From an uncultured Desulfovibrio sp. (lineage in GTDB: Bacteria > Desulfobacterota > Desulfovibrionia > Desulfovibrionales > Desulfovibrionaceae), in assembly GCA_900553065.1 (NCBI GenBank), contig USBZ01000004.1:762-64761 (forward strand): DNA of 64,000 bases. Reading direction: 5' to 3'. The position numbers and the translations under genes were made by a program. The notes under the pieces are model-generated. The model had not been told where the DNA came from, ran no database searches, and saw nothing but the letters and a program-made list of their open reading frames with translations. This document shows, piece after piece, positions 41,605 through 53,002 of this stretch. Position 1 is the first letter of the stretch. Every line of letters starts with the position of its first letter.

Positions 41605-42162
41605 ATGGATCTTAAACACATTGCACTGAATGAGATAGGCCCCCAGGGATGCTCGCTGACTGTCTCCGACGAGGCGGTCTGGATGCAGCCCATTGAGGAA
41701 TATCATCTGTCATGCCGCATAGTTGAGCCTGTCATCGCGGAGGTTTTCCTGCTTCCGCAGCAGGACGGCTGTCTGCTTCGCGGTACCATCAGAGGCTCTG
41801 TGGCCATGCCGTGCAACCGCTGCATGGAAGAGACTCTTGTGGTGCTGAACCAGAGCTTCGACGAATTCGAGGAATACCCCGCAGCCGTCGAAACCGAACC
41901 GGAAGAGGAAGATCCTGCCGGACTTCTGGATGAATGTGCCGTGACCTGGGAAGGCGGAGCGCCTTTTCTTGATCTGGCATCGCTTTTGTGGGAGGAATTT
42001 TCGCTGGCCCTGCCGGTGAAGCCTCTCTGCAGGCCGGACTGTCGGGGCCTGTGCCCCGTGTGCGGCAAGAATCTTAATGAAGGTGCCTGCGGCTGTTCCC
42101 GCGACAGCGGCGATCCGCGGCTGGCTGCTCTGCGTCAACTGAAAGTGAAACATCAGGGGTGA
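41605..42162 (+). CDS. yceD: YceD / DUF177 family protein
   Basis: PCNRC and LALPVKPLCRPDCRGLCPVCGKNLN...DPRLAAL, upstream of rpmF. Confidence 0.9.
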   Translation: MDLKHIALNEIGPQGCSLTVSDEAVWMQPIEEYHLSCRIVEPVIAEVFLLPQQDGCLLRGTIRGSVAMPCNRCMEETLVVLNQSFDEFEEYPAAVETEPEEEDPAGLLDECAVTWEGGAPFLDLASLLWEEFSLALPVKPLCRPDCRGLCPVCGKNLNEGACGCSRDSGDPRLAALRQLKVKHQG

Positions 42163-42193
42163 TTCCCCCGTTTCCGCGATAAGGAGAAACAAC

Positions 42194-42379
42194 ATGGCCG
42201 TTCAGCAGAACAAAAAGTCCCACTCCAAAAAGTGCATGCGTCGTTCTCACGATCGTGTGGCCAAGCCCACCGTCATCTACTGCTCCTGCGGCGCTCCCAC
42301 CAAGCCTCACAGCGTCTGCCCTTCCTGCGGTAAGTATGATGGCCGCCAGGTCGAACCTGTAGCGAGCGATGAGCAGTAA
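42194..42379 (+). CDS. rpmF: 50S ribosomal protein L32
   Basis: MAVQQNKKSHSKKCMRRSH...CSCG...HSVCPSCGKY, with an AAGGAG RBS. Confidence 0.96.
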   Translation: MAVQQNKKSHSKKCMRRSHDRVAKPTVIYCSCGAPTKPHSVCPSCGKYDGRQVEPVASDEQ

Positions 42380-43418
42380 TCGCGCAAGACTCGCCGTGGA
42401 CGCTATGGGAGGGGACTTCGGCCCCTCCGTAGTCGTTCCCGGCGCACTTCAGGCTGCTCGGAACACGGGCGCCAAAGTGATCCTCGTCGGTATCGAGGAA
42501 GAGATCCGCAAGATCATTGCCGAACTCTCCGTTCAGGAAGAGGAGGGCGAGCTTTACGAGATCGTCAACGCCACGCAGCTGGTGGAGATGACCGACAAGC
42601 CCTCTGAAATCCTGCGTACCAAAAAGGATTCTTCCATGCAGGTGGCGTGCAGACTGGTTCGCCAGGGGCAGGCCGACGCTTTCATCAGCGCCGGTCATTC
42701 CGGTGCAGCCTATGCCTGCGGCATGTTCATTCTCGGCCGTATTCCCGGGGTTGAACGTCCTGCTCTGGCTTCCGTGATTCCTACGGAAAAGTCTCCCATG
42801 CTTCTTCTGGACGTGGGGGCCAACGTGGAGTGCCGTCCTCACCATCTTTTTCAGTTCGCGCTCATGGGCGCCACGTTCGTCAGGGATATCCTCGGCTACG
42901 AGGATCCGCGCGTCGGCATTCTGAGCATCGGCGAGGAAGAAGGTAAGGGCAATACGCTGGTCAAGAACAGCTACGAGCTGCTCAAGCAGGCCTCCAATCT
43001 CAACTTCATCGGTAATGCCGAGGGCAGAGATCTGTTCACCGGCAATATCGACGTCGCCGTCTGCGACGGCTTCGTGGGCAATATCGCCCTCAAGCTGAGT
43101 GAGGGGCTGGCCTCTTCGCTGACCCATCTTCTGAAAAGGGAACTTCTCAACAACGGAGTTCTTCCCAAGCTGGGCGCCTTCCTTTCCATGAAGGCCTTCC
43201 AGAACTTCAAGAAGATGGTGGACTACGCCGAATACGGAGGTGCGCCTCTGCTCGGTCTGAAGGGCATTGCCATCGTGTGTCACGGAAAGTCCAACGCCAA
43301 GGCCATCACCAGCGCTGTCACCATGGCCAACACCTATGTGGTCAAGGGAACGCAGCAGCGCCTCGTGGAAACGATCAGCGCCAATGAGGAGCTGACCAGT
43401 TACGGCCGCAGCGTATAG
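42369..43418 (+). CDS. plsX: Phosphate acyltransferase PlsX
   Basis: AVDAMGGDFGP, SAGHSGA, LDVGAN, CDGFVGNIALK and GGAPLLG. Confidence 0.96.
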   Translation: MSSNRARLAVDAMGGDFGPSVVVPGALQAARNTGAKVILVGIEEEIRKIIAELSVQEEEGELYEIVNATQLVEMTDKPSEILRTKKDSSMQVACRLVRQGQADAFISAGHSGAAYACGMFILGRIPGVERPALASVIPTEKSPMLLLDVGANVECRPHHLFQFALMGATFVRDILGYEDPRVGILSIGEEEGKGNTLVKNSYELLKQASNLNFIGNAEGRDLFTGNIDVAVCDGFVGNIALKLSEGLASSLTHLLKRELLNNGVLPKLGAFLSMKAFQNFKKMVDYAEYGGAPLLGLKGIAIVCHGKSNAKAITSAVTMANTYVVKGTQQRLVETISANEELTSYGRSV

Positions 43419-43783
43419 TTCTTATCATGTTTTTCACCGTACGGATCGCGTTCAAGCGAGCCTGCGGTACGTGTGGACGGCGGCGGATGTTCGCCGCCCG
43501 ACGTGACGGACTACCGATTTTGCCGGAATGTATCCGGAGGCGCCTTCGGCGCCCCCGGCACGTTCTTTTCTGCCGTTTTTCGGAAGAAAGCGCGTGACGT
43601 CACGTCTTGTGTCCGTACAGTGCGTTCTGCCGGGGCGGTTAAGCCCTCTGGCCGGATGCACCGCCAGCCGCTTCGTCCCTCTGCGGAAAATGCGCGGCTT
43701 CTTTCAGAGGCGGGGCCTTACGGCCCTGCGCTCTGCCAAAAGGTACGACTGCCGCTCTCAGGCGGCTGTGTCCGGACTTCTTC

Positions 43784-44788
43784 ATGAATCATTCCTGCTA
43801 CATTTGCGGACTCGGCTCCTGCATCCCGCCCCGCGTCATCACCAATCAGGATCTGGAAAAACTGGTGGATACGTCCGATGAGTGGATCACCACCAGAACG
43901 GGAATCAAGGAACGCCACATTCTCGAAGACGGTACCGATGCTTCCGACTGCGGTGTGGAGGCGGCACGCGCCGCTCTCGACATGGCCGGAATCTCGCCGG
44001 AGGAAGTCACGCATATTTTCGTGGCGACCTGTACTCCCGACTATCTCTGCCCCAGCACGGCCTGCGTCATTGCGGGAAAGCTCGGCCTTTCAACGGCGAG
44101 CGGCCGGACGGGGGACGTCATGTGTCTGGATTTCAATGCGGCCTGCACCGGCTTTGTGTACGGTCTGGAGCTTGCCAGAAATGCCGTGGCCAGCCATCCG
44201 GATGCCGTGGTGCTTCTCGTGGCTGCCGAAGCGCTGAGCCGCCGTACCAATTTCAAGGACCGCACGACCTGCGTGCTGTTCGGCGATGCCGCCGGAGCCG
44301 TGGTGCTTCGTTCTTCCGACAAGGGCGCTTTGTGGCGCCTTCGCGATGTCGTCTGCTCTTCCGACGGCTCTCTCCACGAACTCATCAAGATCGGAGGCGG
44401 CTCCGCCTGCCGGATCAGCGAAGGCGATACCATAGGCCCGGACTGGTTCATTTCCATGCAGGGCATGGCGGTATTCAAGCATGCCGTCCGCAGCATGACG
44501 GAGGAGAGTCTGCGCATTCTCGAGCGCAACGGCCTTTCTCTGGACGACCTCGATCTCTTCATTCCTCATCAGGCCAACATGAGAATCATCAGTGCCGTGG
44601 GCGAACGCCTGGGCCTGGATGAAAGCCGTGTGTTCGCCAATGTGCAGCATTACGGCAACACGTCTGCGGCCACGCTCCCCGTTGCCATGGAAGACGCGCG
44701 TCAGGCAGGCGTTCTCAAACCGGGCATGAAGGTCCTGCTGACCAGCTTCGGCGGCGGCATGACCTGGGGTTCCGCACTTCTGGCCTAG
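43784..44788 (+). CDS. fabH: 3-oxoacyl-ACP synthase III
   Basis: DTSDEWITTRTGI, AACTGF, LFGDAAGA, PHQANMRI and YGNTSAA. Confidence 0.96.
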   Translation: MNHSCYICGLGSCIPPRVITNQDLEKLVDTSDEWITTRTGIKERHILEDGTDASDCGVEAARAALDMAGISPEEVTHIFVATCTPDYLCPSTACVIAGKLGLSTASGRTGDVMCLDFNAACTGFVYGLELARNAVASHPDAVVLLVAAEALSRRTNFKDRTTCVLFGDAAGAVVLRSSDKGALWRLRDVVCSSDGSLHELIKIGGGSACRISEGDTIGPDWFISMQGMAVFKHAVRSMTEESLRILERNGLSLDDLDLFIPHQANMRIISAVGERLGLDESRVFANVQHYGNTSAATLPVAMEDARQAGVLKPGMKVLLTSFGGGMTWGSALLA

Positions 44789-44847
44789 TTTCTCCGTTGT
44801 CATTTCCCCGGAAAACGCTTAGTATTCTCCCAATCAGGAGCATGAGC

Positions 44848-45591
44848 ATGAGCGATCTTACCCCTACCGCGCTGGTTACCGGCGGTTCCCGCGGCATCGG
44901 CCGCACTGTGGCGCTTACTCTCGCCGCCGCAGGGTATCAGATATACTTCACGTATGTGAGCCGTCCGGAAGCGGCGCAGCAGACCGTGGCCGACATTGAG
45001 GCCGCCGGCGGCAGCGCCCGGGCCTTCTGTCTGGATTCCGGCGACTCCGAAGCCGTAAGCCGTTTCTTTGCCGAAGAAATCAAGGGCAAGGTGCATCTTT
45101 CCGTGCTGGTGAACAATGCCGGCATCACGCGCGACACGCTGGTTCTGCGCATGAAGGATGAGGACTTTGACGCCGTGGTCAACACCAATCTTCGCGGCGC
45201 CTTCCTTTTCCTGCGCGAAGCCGCCAAGATCATGACCCGTCAGCGCGACGGCCGCATCATCAATATTTCCTCCGTCGTCGGTCAGATGGGCAATGCCGGT
45301 CAGATCAACTATTCCGCCGCCAAGGCCGGACTCATCGGTATGACCAAGTCCGCCGCCAAGGAACTGGGCAGCCGTTCCGTAACCGTGAACGCCGTGGCTC
45401 CCGGTTTCATCGAAACGGACATGACGGCATCGCTTGCCGAAGAAGTAAGAAAAGCTTATGTTTCCGCCATTCCTCTGGGCCGTCTCGGCTCTGCGCAGGA
45501 TGTGGCCGACGCCGTGGCTTTCCTTGCCTCCGACAAGGCCGCGTACATCACCGGGCAGGTCATCGCCGTCAACGGCGGCATGTACTGCTGA
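44848..45591 (+). CDS. fabG: 3-oxoacyl-ACP reductase
   Basis: TGGSRGIG, NNAGITRD and YSAAK. AGGAG RBS before ATG 44848. Confidence 0.96.
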   Translation: MSDLTPTALVTGGSRGIGRTVALTLAAAGYQIYFTYVSRPEAAQQTVADIEAAGGSARAFCLDSGDSEAVSRFFAEEIKGKVHLSVLVNNAGITRDTLVLRMKDEDFDAVVNTNLRGAFLFLREAAKIMTRQRDGRIINISSVVGQMGNAGQINYSAAKAGLIGMTKSAAKELGSRSVTVNAVAPGFIETDMTASLAEEVRKAYVSAIPLGRLGSAQDVADAVAFLASDKAAYITGQVIAVNGGMYC

Positions 45592-45721
45592 GGATATTTC
45601 GAAAATGCCGGTCTCATCCGTTTTTGAGCGGAGGAGAGCGTTGTTTTCTCTCTGTTGTAGGTAAAGCCGGACATCCGGTCCGGTCGGAAGTAGAAACCTG
45701 AAACACCCCCTGGAGGGAACC

Positions 45722-45958
45722 ATGGCCGCCGTTGAAGATAAAGTTAAGCAGATCATTGTCGAACAGCTTCAGCTTTCTGAAGAAGAAGTGACCCCCGAAG
45801 CTTCCTTCATCGAAGATCTGGGCGCCGACTCTCTTGATCTTACCGAACTTATCATGGCCTTCGAAGAAGCCTTCGGCGTGGAAATCGCCGACGAAGACGC
45901 CCAGAAGATCCTGAAGGTCAAGGACGCCATCAACTATATCGAAAGCAAGCAGAAGTAA
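45722..45958 (+). CDS. acpP: Acyl carrier protein
   Basis: DLGADSLD phosphopantetheine motif. Confidence 0.97.
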   Translation: MAAVEDKVKQIIVEQLQLSEEEVTPEASFIEDLGADSLDLTELIMAFEEAFGVEIADEDAQKILKVKDAINYIESKQK

Positions 45959-46331
45959 GTTTTTACTTCCTTTCATCTTGTTTTCATGAAGATGCCGGGG
46001 AGCTTCGTGTTCCCCGGCGTATTCGAGTTTAGAGCGGTTTCGCATGAAATGCGGATCGCACGGTGGCCGCGTCAGCGGACACATGCGCCCTGTCCGGAAG
46101 GGGATTTCCGGCAGGGGAGCGCAGCCTTACAGGCAAATCCACTCTGAAGGCTCGTGATCGTTCCGGGCCGAGACGGTTCCCTGGCGGACGTTCCGCGGGA
46201 GGAGAGGCCTGCGGAGAATGCCGGATTTTCCGCTTCCGGGCGGAAAGAGGCGATGAAGTCGCTTCTGCGGTATTTTGCGTTTCCTCGTGCAGGGAACTTT
46301 TTCCCGTCACCTTTATATGGAGTTGTTCCGC

Positions 46332-47579
46332 GTGGATCGTAAGCGCATTGTCATCACCGGCCTTTCCGCCATCACTCCTCTGGGTACCAACCTTGAGAGC
46401 AGCTGGGAGGCCCTCCTTGCCGGCAAGTCCGGCATTGGTCACATCACTCAGTTTGATTCCACCGAATTCCCTACGCATATCGCGGGCGAAGTTAAGGATT
46501 TCCAGCCGGAAGAATTCATTCCGGCCAAACAGTGCCGCAAGATGGACCGGTTCTGCCAGTTCGCCGTCTGTGCCGGCATGCAGCTCGTGGCCGACTCCGG
46601 TCTGAAGATCGACGAAAGCAATGCCCATCGCGTGGGCGTAGTGCTCGGCGTCGGTCTCGGCGGCCTCAAGACCATCGAAGATTTCCACGAAAAGCTGCGT
46701 ACCTCCGGTCCCAACCGCGTATCTCCCTTCTACATCCCCATGCTGATTTCCAACATGGCGCCTGGTCAGGTGGCTATTTTCACCGGGGCGAAGGGCATCA
46801 ACGTGGTTTCCACCAGCGCCTGTGCCTCGGCTCTGCATGCCATCGGCAGCGCCTATGACCAGCTTGTGCTCGGTCGTGCCGATGCCGTCATCACCGGCGG
46901 CGCCGAATCCACCATCACGGAAATGGGCATTTCCGGCTTCACCTCGATGAAGGCCCTCTGCACGGCGCATCAGGACGAGCCTGAAAAGGCTTCCCGTCCC
47001 TTTGACGCCGGTCGCGGCGGCTTCATCATGGGCGAAGGCGCCGGCATGCTCATGCTCGAAACCCTCGAGCACGCGCAGGCCCGCGGCGCGAAGATCTACG
47101 CGGAAGTCGTGGGCTTCGGCGCTTCCGACGACGCCCACCACATGGTGGCCCCTCTGGAAACCGGCGAAGGCATGGCCGCCAGCATGCGCAATGCTCTGGC
47201 CGATGCGGGTCTGACTCCTGAAGCCATCGACCACATCAGCGCGCACGGTACCTCCACGCACGCCAACGACGCTGCAGAAACCAAGGCCATGCACGAAGTC
47301 TTCGGCGATCATGCGAAGAATCTGGCCGTCACGGCCGTGAAGTCGCAGATCGGTCATCTGCTCGGCGCTTCCGGCGGCGTGGCCAGCGTATTTGCTGCTC
47401 TTTCGCTGGACACCGGCATGGTGCCCGGCACCATCAATCAGGAAACGCCTGATCCCGAGTGTGATCTCAATTACATGGGCGGAGGTTCGAAGAAGCTCGA
47501 TCCCCGCTATGTCATGATAAATTCCTTCGGCTTCGGCGGCACCAATGCCAGCCTTGTGCTGAAGAAGTTTACCGCTTAA
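46332..47579 (+). CDS. fabF: 3-oxoacyl-ACP synthase II
   Basis: [32 protein letters not shown] and NSFGFGGTN. Probable GTG start at 46332. Confidence 0.96.
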   Translation: MDRKRIVITGLSAITPLGTNLESSWEALLAGKSGIGHITQFDSTEFPTHIAGEVKDFQPEEFIPAKQCRKMDRFCQFAVCAGMQLVADSGLKIDESNAHRVGVVLGVGLGGLKTIEDFHEKLRTSGPNRVSPFYIPMLISNMAPGQVAIFTGAKGINVVSTSACASALHAIGSAYDQLVLGRADAVITGGAESTITEMGISGFTSMKALCTAHQDEPEKASRPFDAGRGGFIMGEGAGMLMLETLEHAQARGAKIYAEVVGFGASDDAHHMVAPLETGEGMAASMRNALADAGLTPEAIDHISAHGTSTHANDAAETKAMHEVFGDHAKNLAVTAVKSQIGHLLGASGGVASVFAALSLDTGMVPGTINQETPDPECDLNYMGGGSKKLDPRYVMINSFGFGGTNASLVLKKFTA

Positions 47580-47626
47580 TCTGCAGGGCCGGGGTTCCGG
47601 CCCTCAATTTTCAGGAACGGAAAATC

Positions 47627-48871
47627 ATGGACGAACTGATCTTGCGCGACCCCGAGGTCGCAGACGCCATCTGGAAGGAATCCCGCCGTCAGGTAAGCAA
47701 GCTTGAGCTTATCGCTTCGGAGAACTTTGTATCCGTTGCCGTGCGCGAGGCGCAGGGCTCCATCATGACGCACAAGTATGCCGAAGGCTATCCGGGAAAG
47801 CGTTATTACGGCGGCTGCGAATATGTGGATGTCGTGGAAAATCTTGCCCGTGACAGAGCCATGGAGCTTTTCGGCTGCGACTATGCCAACGTGCAGCCTC
47901 ATGCGGGCAGCCAGGCCAATATGGCCGCGTATCTTGCCCTCATCAATCCGGGCGATACCGTCATGGGCATGGATCTTTCTCACGGCGGTCATCTTACCCA
48001 CGGCAGTCCCGTGAACTTTTCCGGACGTTCCTACCACTTCGTTCCGTACGGTGTGAACCGTGAAACGGGCCGCATCGACTACGATGAGCTGGAAAAAACG
48101 GCTCGCGAATGCCGTCCCGCCCTCATTGTTGCCGGCGCCAGCGCCTATTCCCGTATCATCGACTTCGAGCGTTTCCGCAAGATCGCCGATGAAGTAGGGG
48201 CCAAGCTCATGGTGGACATGGCTCACATCGCCGGTCTTGTGGCGGCAGGCCTTCATCCTTCTCCGCTCCCCTGGGCGGATATCACCACCACCACGACGCA
48301 CAAGACCCTGCGCGGTCCGCGCGGCGGCATGATTCTGACCAGCCGCGGCGAGGAGTACGGCAAGAGCATCAACAGCAAGGTGTTCCCCGGCATGCAGGGC
48401 GGCCCGCTCATGCATGTGATCGCGGCCAAGGCTGTGGCTCTGGGCGAGGCTCTCCGTCCCGAGTTCAAGGAATATCAGTCTCAGATCCTCAAGAACGCCG
48501 AAGTGCTTGCCCGCTGCCTGACCGATGCCGGCTACAAGCTGGTTTCCGGCGGTACCGACAACCATCTCATGCTGCTTGATCTGTCCGACAGAGACATCAC
48601 CGGCAAGGATGCCGAACATGCGCTTGATCTTGCCGGCATTACGGTCAACAAGAACACGGTTCCCTTTGAAACCCGTTCTCCCTTCATCACCTCCGGCGTG
48701 CGTCTCGGCACGGCGGCGCTCACCACTCGCGGCATGAAGGAAAAGGACATGGAAAAGGTCGGTGCCTGGATTGTGGACGTGCTGTCCAATACCACCAATG
48801 AAAGCCGCCTCGGCGACATCCGGGCCGAGGTTGAGGCTTTTGCCTGCCAGTTCCCGCTTTTTGCCTGGTAA
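47627..48871 (+). CDS. glyA: Serine hydroxymethyltransferase
   Basis: [27 protein letters not shown] and [13 protein letters not shown]. Confidence 0.98.
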   Translation: MDELILRDPEVADAIWKESRRQVSKLELIASENFVSVAVREAQGSIMTHKYAEGYPGKRYYGGCEYVDVVENLARDRAMELFGCDYANVQPHAGSQANMAAYLALINPGDTVMGMDLSHGGHLTHGSPVNFSGRSYHFVPYGVNRETGRIDYDELEKTARECRPALIVAGASAYSRIIDFERFRKIADEVGAKLMVDMAHIAGLVAAGLHPSPLPWADITTTTTHKTLRGPRGGMILTSRGEEYGKSINSKVFPGMQGGPLMHVIAAKAVALGEALRPEFKEYQSQILKNAEVLARCLTDAGYKLVSGGTDNHLMLLDLSDRDITGKDAEHALDLAGITVNKNTVPFETRSPFITSGVRLGTAALTTRGMKEKDMEKVGAWIVDVLSNTTNESRLGDIRAEVEAFACQFPLFAW

Positions 48872-48878
48872 ATGACGG

Positions 48879-48921
48879 GGCGGTTCTGCGTGCCGCACGT
48901 GCGCAGAACCGCCTTTTTCTT
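48879..48921 (+). terminator. Intrinsic terminator after glyA
   Basis: GGCGGTTCTGCG...CGCAGAACCGCC followed by TTTTTCTT. Confidence 0.75.
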
Positions 48922-48970
48922 GTTTTCAGCATTTGCACGTGATAGTTTCCCGTCATAAACGGGAGGTTGT

Positions 48971-49495
48971 ATGGCACAGGGAGGCCGGGCCAGCTGGCCG
49001 AGATATTTCATGGATATCGCCTATCTTGTGGCGGAACGCTCCACCTGTCTGAGAAGAAAGGTGGGGGCGGTGGCCGTGCTTGATCGGCGTATTCTTGCCA
49101 CAGGATACAACGGCGCGCCCTCCGGCGTGCCGCACTGCCTTGAAGTGGGCTGTCTTCGTGCCTCGCTCGGCATTCCTTCGGGGCAGCGGCATGAGATTTG
49201 CCGCGGCATTCACGCCGAGCAGAACGTCATTATTCAGGCTGCGGTACACGGCATTTCCCTGCGGGGCGCGGAGCTTTTCTGCACGACCTATCCCTGCTTC
49301 ATCTGCGCGAAAATGCTGATCAACTGCGGTGTGAAGAGAATATGGGTCTCCGAGAACTATCCTGACGATCTTTCCAAGAGCATGCTTGCCGAGGCGGGGG
49401 TGGAAGTACTTCATCTGCCGCATGGGCAGGAGGATGTGGCACAGGTGGAGAAGGAAGATTCCGTGAGCGACGAAAAGGAAGGAGGCATATCGTGA
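48971..49495 (+). CDS. dCMP deaminase / ComEB family zinc deaminase
   Basis: [21 protein letters not shown] and PCFICAK. Confidence 0.92.
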   Translation: MAQGGRASWPRYFMDIAYLVAERSTCLRRKVGAVAVLDRRILATGYNGAPSGVPHCLEVGCLRASLGIPSGQRHEICRGIHAEQNVIIQAAVHGISLRGAELFCTTYPCFICAKMLINCGVKRIWVSENYPDDLSKSMLAEAGVEVLHLPHGQEDVAQVEKEDSVSDEKEGGIS

Positions 49496-50622
49496 ATCAG
49501 CACGAAGAGTTCATACGCGCGGCGCTTGAGCTGGCCGAAAGGGGACGCTGGAGCACGGCCCCCAATCCCACGGTGGGCGCGGTACTGGTGCGCGACGGCA
49601 ACATTGTGGCCCAAGGCTGGCACGAGGTGTTCGGTCAGGCTCACGCCGAGGTGAACTGTCTGCGCGATGCCCGGGAAAAGGGCATTGATCCTTCCCTCTG
49701 CACGCTGTACGTCACGCTGGAGCCGTGCAATCATCAGGGAAAGACGCCTCCCTGCACGAAAGCCATTCTGGACGCCGGCATCCCTCATGTAGTGATCGGC
49801 ATGCCCGACGTGAATGTGCAGGCTTCCGGCGGCGCGGAGTTTTTGCGCGCTCACGGCGTGGAAGTGGAAATGGGCGTTCTGGAGCAGGAGTGCCGGGATC
49901 AGATCGCGGACTTCGTGGTCTGGCAGACGACGAAGCGTCCCTACGTCATTCTCAAGATGGCATCCACGCTTGACGGCCGCATCGCCACGAGAGCCGGTCG
50001 CTCTCAGCGCATTTCCAACAGAGCCTCCCATGAGGAGGTCATGCGCCTTCGCGAAAACATCGGCCGCGCCGGTGGCGCCGTTCTTGTGGGCGGCAACACG
50101 TTCCTTCTGGATAATCCCCGCCTTACGGCCAGAACCGCAAACGCCCAGCGTCAGCCTTTGGCCGCGGTGATGACCTCCCGCTTGCCCGGCGCCGAATCCA
50201 CCTGTCATCTTCTCGAGGAAAGGCCCGGAGACTGCGTGTTCTTCAGCACGGCCGCTCAGGCGGCGTCTCCCTCAGCCGCCGCGCTCAGGAGCAGGGGAGC
50301 CCGGGTGTACGGAGTGGACTGTCCCGCCGGAACCCATGCGCTGGATGTGGAGCAGGTTCTTACGGCGCTGAGGGAACAGGAAAACTGCCTCTATGTGCTT
50401 TGCGAGGGCGGGGGAAGGCTTGCGCTTTCTCTGCTTGAGCGCGGTCTGGTGGATGAATATCATCTGCATCTTGCCCCCACCATTCTCGGTGATGCCGATG
50501 CGACGCCCGTGTTTTCCGGACGGACGGCCGACAGTATGGACGATGCCCTGCGCATGCGCGTGGTGAAGACGGCCGTGCTGGACGGCGACATCCATCTTTA
50601 TTTTCGAGCTGACAGAGGCTGA
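49492..50622 (+). CDS. ribD: Bifunctional riboflavin deaminase/reductase RibD
   Basis: [40 protein letters not shown] and CEGG. Confidence 0.95.
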   Translation: MNQHEEFIRAALELAERGRWSTAPNPTVGAVLVRDGNIVAQGWHEVFGQAHAEVNCLRDAREKGIDPSLCTLYVTLEPCNHQGKTPPCTKAILDAGIPHVVIGMPDVNVQASGGAEFLRAHGVEVEMGVLEQECRDQIADFVVWQTTKRPYVILKMASTLDGRIATRAGRSQRISNRASHEEVMRLRENIGRAGGAVLVGGNTFLLDNPRLTARTANAQRQPLAAVMTSRLPGAESTCHLLEERPGDCVFFSTAAQAASPSAAALRSRGARVYGVDCPAGTHALDVEQVLTALREQENCLYVLCEGGGRLALSLLERGLVDEYHLHLAPTILGDADATPVFSGRTADSMDDALRMRVVKTAVLDGDIHLYFRADRG

Positions 50623-50624
50623 TC

Positions 50625-51290
50625 ATGTTTACCGGACTTGTGGAAGGTCAGGGCCGCGTCGAGGCCGTGGAGAAGCGCGGCGGCGACATACTCTTCCGTT
50701 TTCATCCGCTTTTTGCGTGGCCTGCACCTGAGATCGGTGAGTCCGTCGCCTGCAACGGCGTCTGCCTCACGATGGAGACCTGGATTCCTACCGGGCCGTC
50801 GTTCACGGCGTTTGCATCAGCAGAAACGCTGTCCTGCTCCAATCTCGGCGGACTCGGCGTCGGGTCGCTCGTGAACATGGAGCGGGCCATGCTGCTGGGA
50901 GAACGTTTCGGCGGTCATATCGTGAGCGGCCATGTGGATACCGTGGCCCGCGTGGAGAGCGTGCGTCCCGTGGGGCAGTCCCGCTGTGTCCGGCTGGCCT
51001 TTGATCCGGAGTGGAGCACGCAGATCGTGTCCAAGGGCTCCGTAACGCTGGACGGCATCAGTCTTACCGTCAACGACTGCGGCCCCGGCTTTCTGGAAGT
51101 GAATATCATTCCCGAAACGTGGCGCGTGACGACGGTGGCCGTCTGGCGTCCGGGTTCTGCCGTCAATCTGGAAACGGACATCATCGGCAAGTATGTGAAG
51201 CACCTCATGCAGCCCTATGCCGGTGACGGAGCGCCCCGCGAGGAGCGCGTGACCATGGACTTTCTTCGCCGTAACGGCTTCGGCCTGTAA
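50625..51290 (+). CDS. ribE: Riboflavin synthase (alpha chain)
   Basis: MFTGLV, SVACNGVCLT, GGHIVSGHVD, KGSVTLDGISLTV and NLETD. Confidence 0.95.
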   Translation: MFTGLVEGQGRVEAVEKRGGDILFRFHPLFAWPAPEIGESVACNGVCLTMETWIPTGPSFTAFASAETLSCSNLGGLGVGSLVNMERAMLLGERFGGHIVSGHVDTVARVESVRPVGQSRCVRLAFDPEWSTQIVSKGSVTLDGISLTVNDCGPGFLEVNIIPETWRVTTVAVWRPGSAVNLETDIIGKYVKHLMQPYAGDGAPREERVTMDFLRRNGFGL

Positions 51291-51303
51291 GTAAGGATAC
51301 CGT

Positions 51304-52524
51304 ATGCCCCTGTGCAGTGTGGAAACAGCCCTTGACGATTTGAGAAAGGGCAGAATGATCATTCTTGTGGACGATGAAGACCGCGAGAATGAAGGCGATC
51401 TTGTTGTCGCCGCCGAGTTCGTGACCCCTGAAGTCATCAACTTCATGTCCCGCGAGGGGAGAGGTCTCATCTGTCTTTCCCTTTCTGCGGAACGCGCCGA
51501 CGCGCTGGAACTTCCGCTCATGTCGCGGCGCAACGGTTCGAGATTCGGTACCAACTTCACCGTGTCCATCGATGCCAGAGTCGGAGAATTTCCGCCGATT
51601 TCCGCGGCCGGTCGCGCTCATACCGTGCAGGTTGCCGTGGCCGACGGCGCAAGGCCGCAGGATCTCGTCACTCCCGGCTGCATGTTTCCCCTTCGTGCCA
51701 GAGAGGGGGGCGTGCTCACCCGCGCCGGACAGACCGAGGGCAGCGTGGATCTCTGCCGTCTGGCCGGACTGAAGGAGGCCGCCGTTATCTGCGAGATCAT
51801 GAAGGACGACGGAACGATGGCCCGTATGCCCGATCTTGAGGAATTTGCCGAGCGGCACGGACTGCACATCGCCGCCAACAAGGACATCATCCGCTGGCGT
51901 CTGGAACACGGCGAAGTGGCGGTCAGGCGGGCGGCCGAAGCCTCCATGCCCACGAAGTACGGAAATTTCCGCATCATTGCCTACGAAAATGCCGTGGACG
52001 GACGCACCCATGTGGCCCTGGTGAAGGGCGACGTGTCCACGGATGAGCCGGTGCTCGTTCGTGTGCACAGCGAATGTCTGACCGGCGATGTGTTCGGGTC
52101 CATGCGCTGCGACTGCGGCGGTCAGCTCGCGGCGGCGCTGTGCCAGATAGAAAAGGAAGGGCGCGGCGTTCTGCTCTACATGCGTCAGGAAGGGCGGGGA
52201 ATCGGTCTTGCCAACAAGATCAAGGCCTATGCCCTGCAGGAGCAGGGACTGGATACGGTGGAGGCGAATATTCGTCTTGGCTTCCGGCCCGATTTGCGCG
52301 ATTATGGCGTCGGCGCCCAGATTCTGGTCGATCTCGGCATCCGCAGTCTCCGTCTTCTGACCAACAATCCCACCAAGATCGTGGGACTGGAAGGATACGG
52401 ACTCGACATTGTGGAACGTGTGCCCATCGAACAGGAGCCCGGCCGCTACAATGAAGATTATCTGCTGACGAAGAAAGAAAAAATGGGCCACCTGCTCCGG
52501 CGGGTATGCCCCAAGACTGAGTGA
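51304..52524 (+). CDS. ribBA: Bifunctional DHBP synthase / GTP cyclohydrolase II (DHBP domain divergent)
   Basis: [10 protein letters not shown] and ICEIM in the N-domain. [10 protein letters not shown]...RCDCG and QEGRGIGL in the C-domain. Confidence 0.95.
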   Translation: MPLCSVETALDDLRKGRMIILVDDEDRENEGDLVVAAEFVTPEVINFMSREGRGLICLSLSAERADALELPLMSRRNGSRFGTNFTVSIDARVGEFPPISAAGRAHTVQVAVADGARPQDLVTPGCMFPLRAREGGVLTRAGQTEGSVDLCRLAGLKEAAVICEIMKDDGTMARMPDLEEFAERHGLHIAANKDIIRWRLEHGEVAVRRAAEASMPTKYGNFRIIAYENAVDGRTHVALVKGDVSTDEPVLVRVHSECLTGDVFGSMRCDCGGQLAAALCQIEKEGRGVLLYMRQEGRGIGLANKIKAYALQEQGLDTVEANIRLGFRPDLRDYGVGAQILVDLGIRSLRLLTNNPTKIVGLEGYGLDIVERVPIEQEPGRYNEDYLLTKKEKMGHLLRRVCPKTE

Positions 52525-52531
52525 GGAAATT

Positions 52532-53002
52532 ATGTATTCCGTCAAGACCATAGAAGGACAGCTCAATGCCCAGGGCCTGAAGATCGCCATTGTGGCGTCG
52601 AGATTCAACGATTTCATCGTTCAGCATCTGGTGGAGGGCGCCATCGACTATCTGACCCGTCACGGTGCCTCTCAGGACGACATCACCGTGGTTCGTGTGC
52701 CCGGCGCCTACGAGCTGCCCATCGTGTGCAAGAAGCTGGCCGCCTTCTCCCAGTACAACGGCATCATTGCTCTCGGTGCGGTCATCCGCGGCAGCACCCC
52801 TCATTTCGACTATGTCTGCGCCGAAGCCTCCAAGGGCATTGCGCAGGTTTCCCTGCAGGCCGGTCTGCCCGTGGGCTTCGGTCTGCTGACCTGCGATACC
52901 CTGGAACAGGCCATTGAACGCGCCGGCGCCCATGTGGGCAACAAGGGAGCGGAAACCGCCGCCGCCGTTGTGGAAACCATCCGTGTCATGGAGCAGATCT
53001 GA
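52532..53002 (+). CDS. ribH: 6,7-dimethyl-8-ribityllumazine synthase
   Basis: [26 protein letters not shown] and ERAG...NKG. Confidence 0.97.
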   Translation: MYSVKTIEGQLNAQGLKIAIVASRFNDFIVQHLVEGAIDYLTRHGASQDDITVVRVPGAYELPIVCKKLAAFSQYNGIIALGAVIRGSTPHFDYVCAEASKGIAQVSLQAGLPVGFGLLTCDTLEQAIERAGAHVGNKGAETAAAVVETIRVMEQI

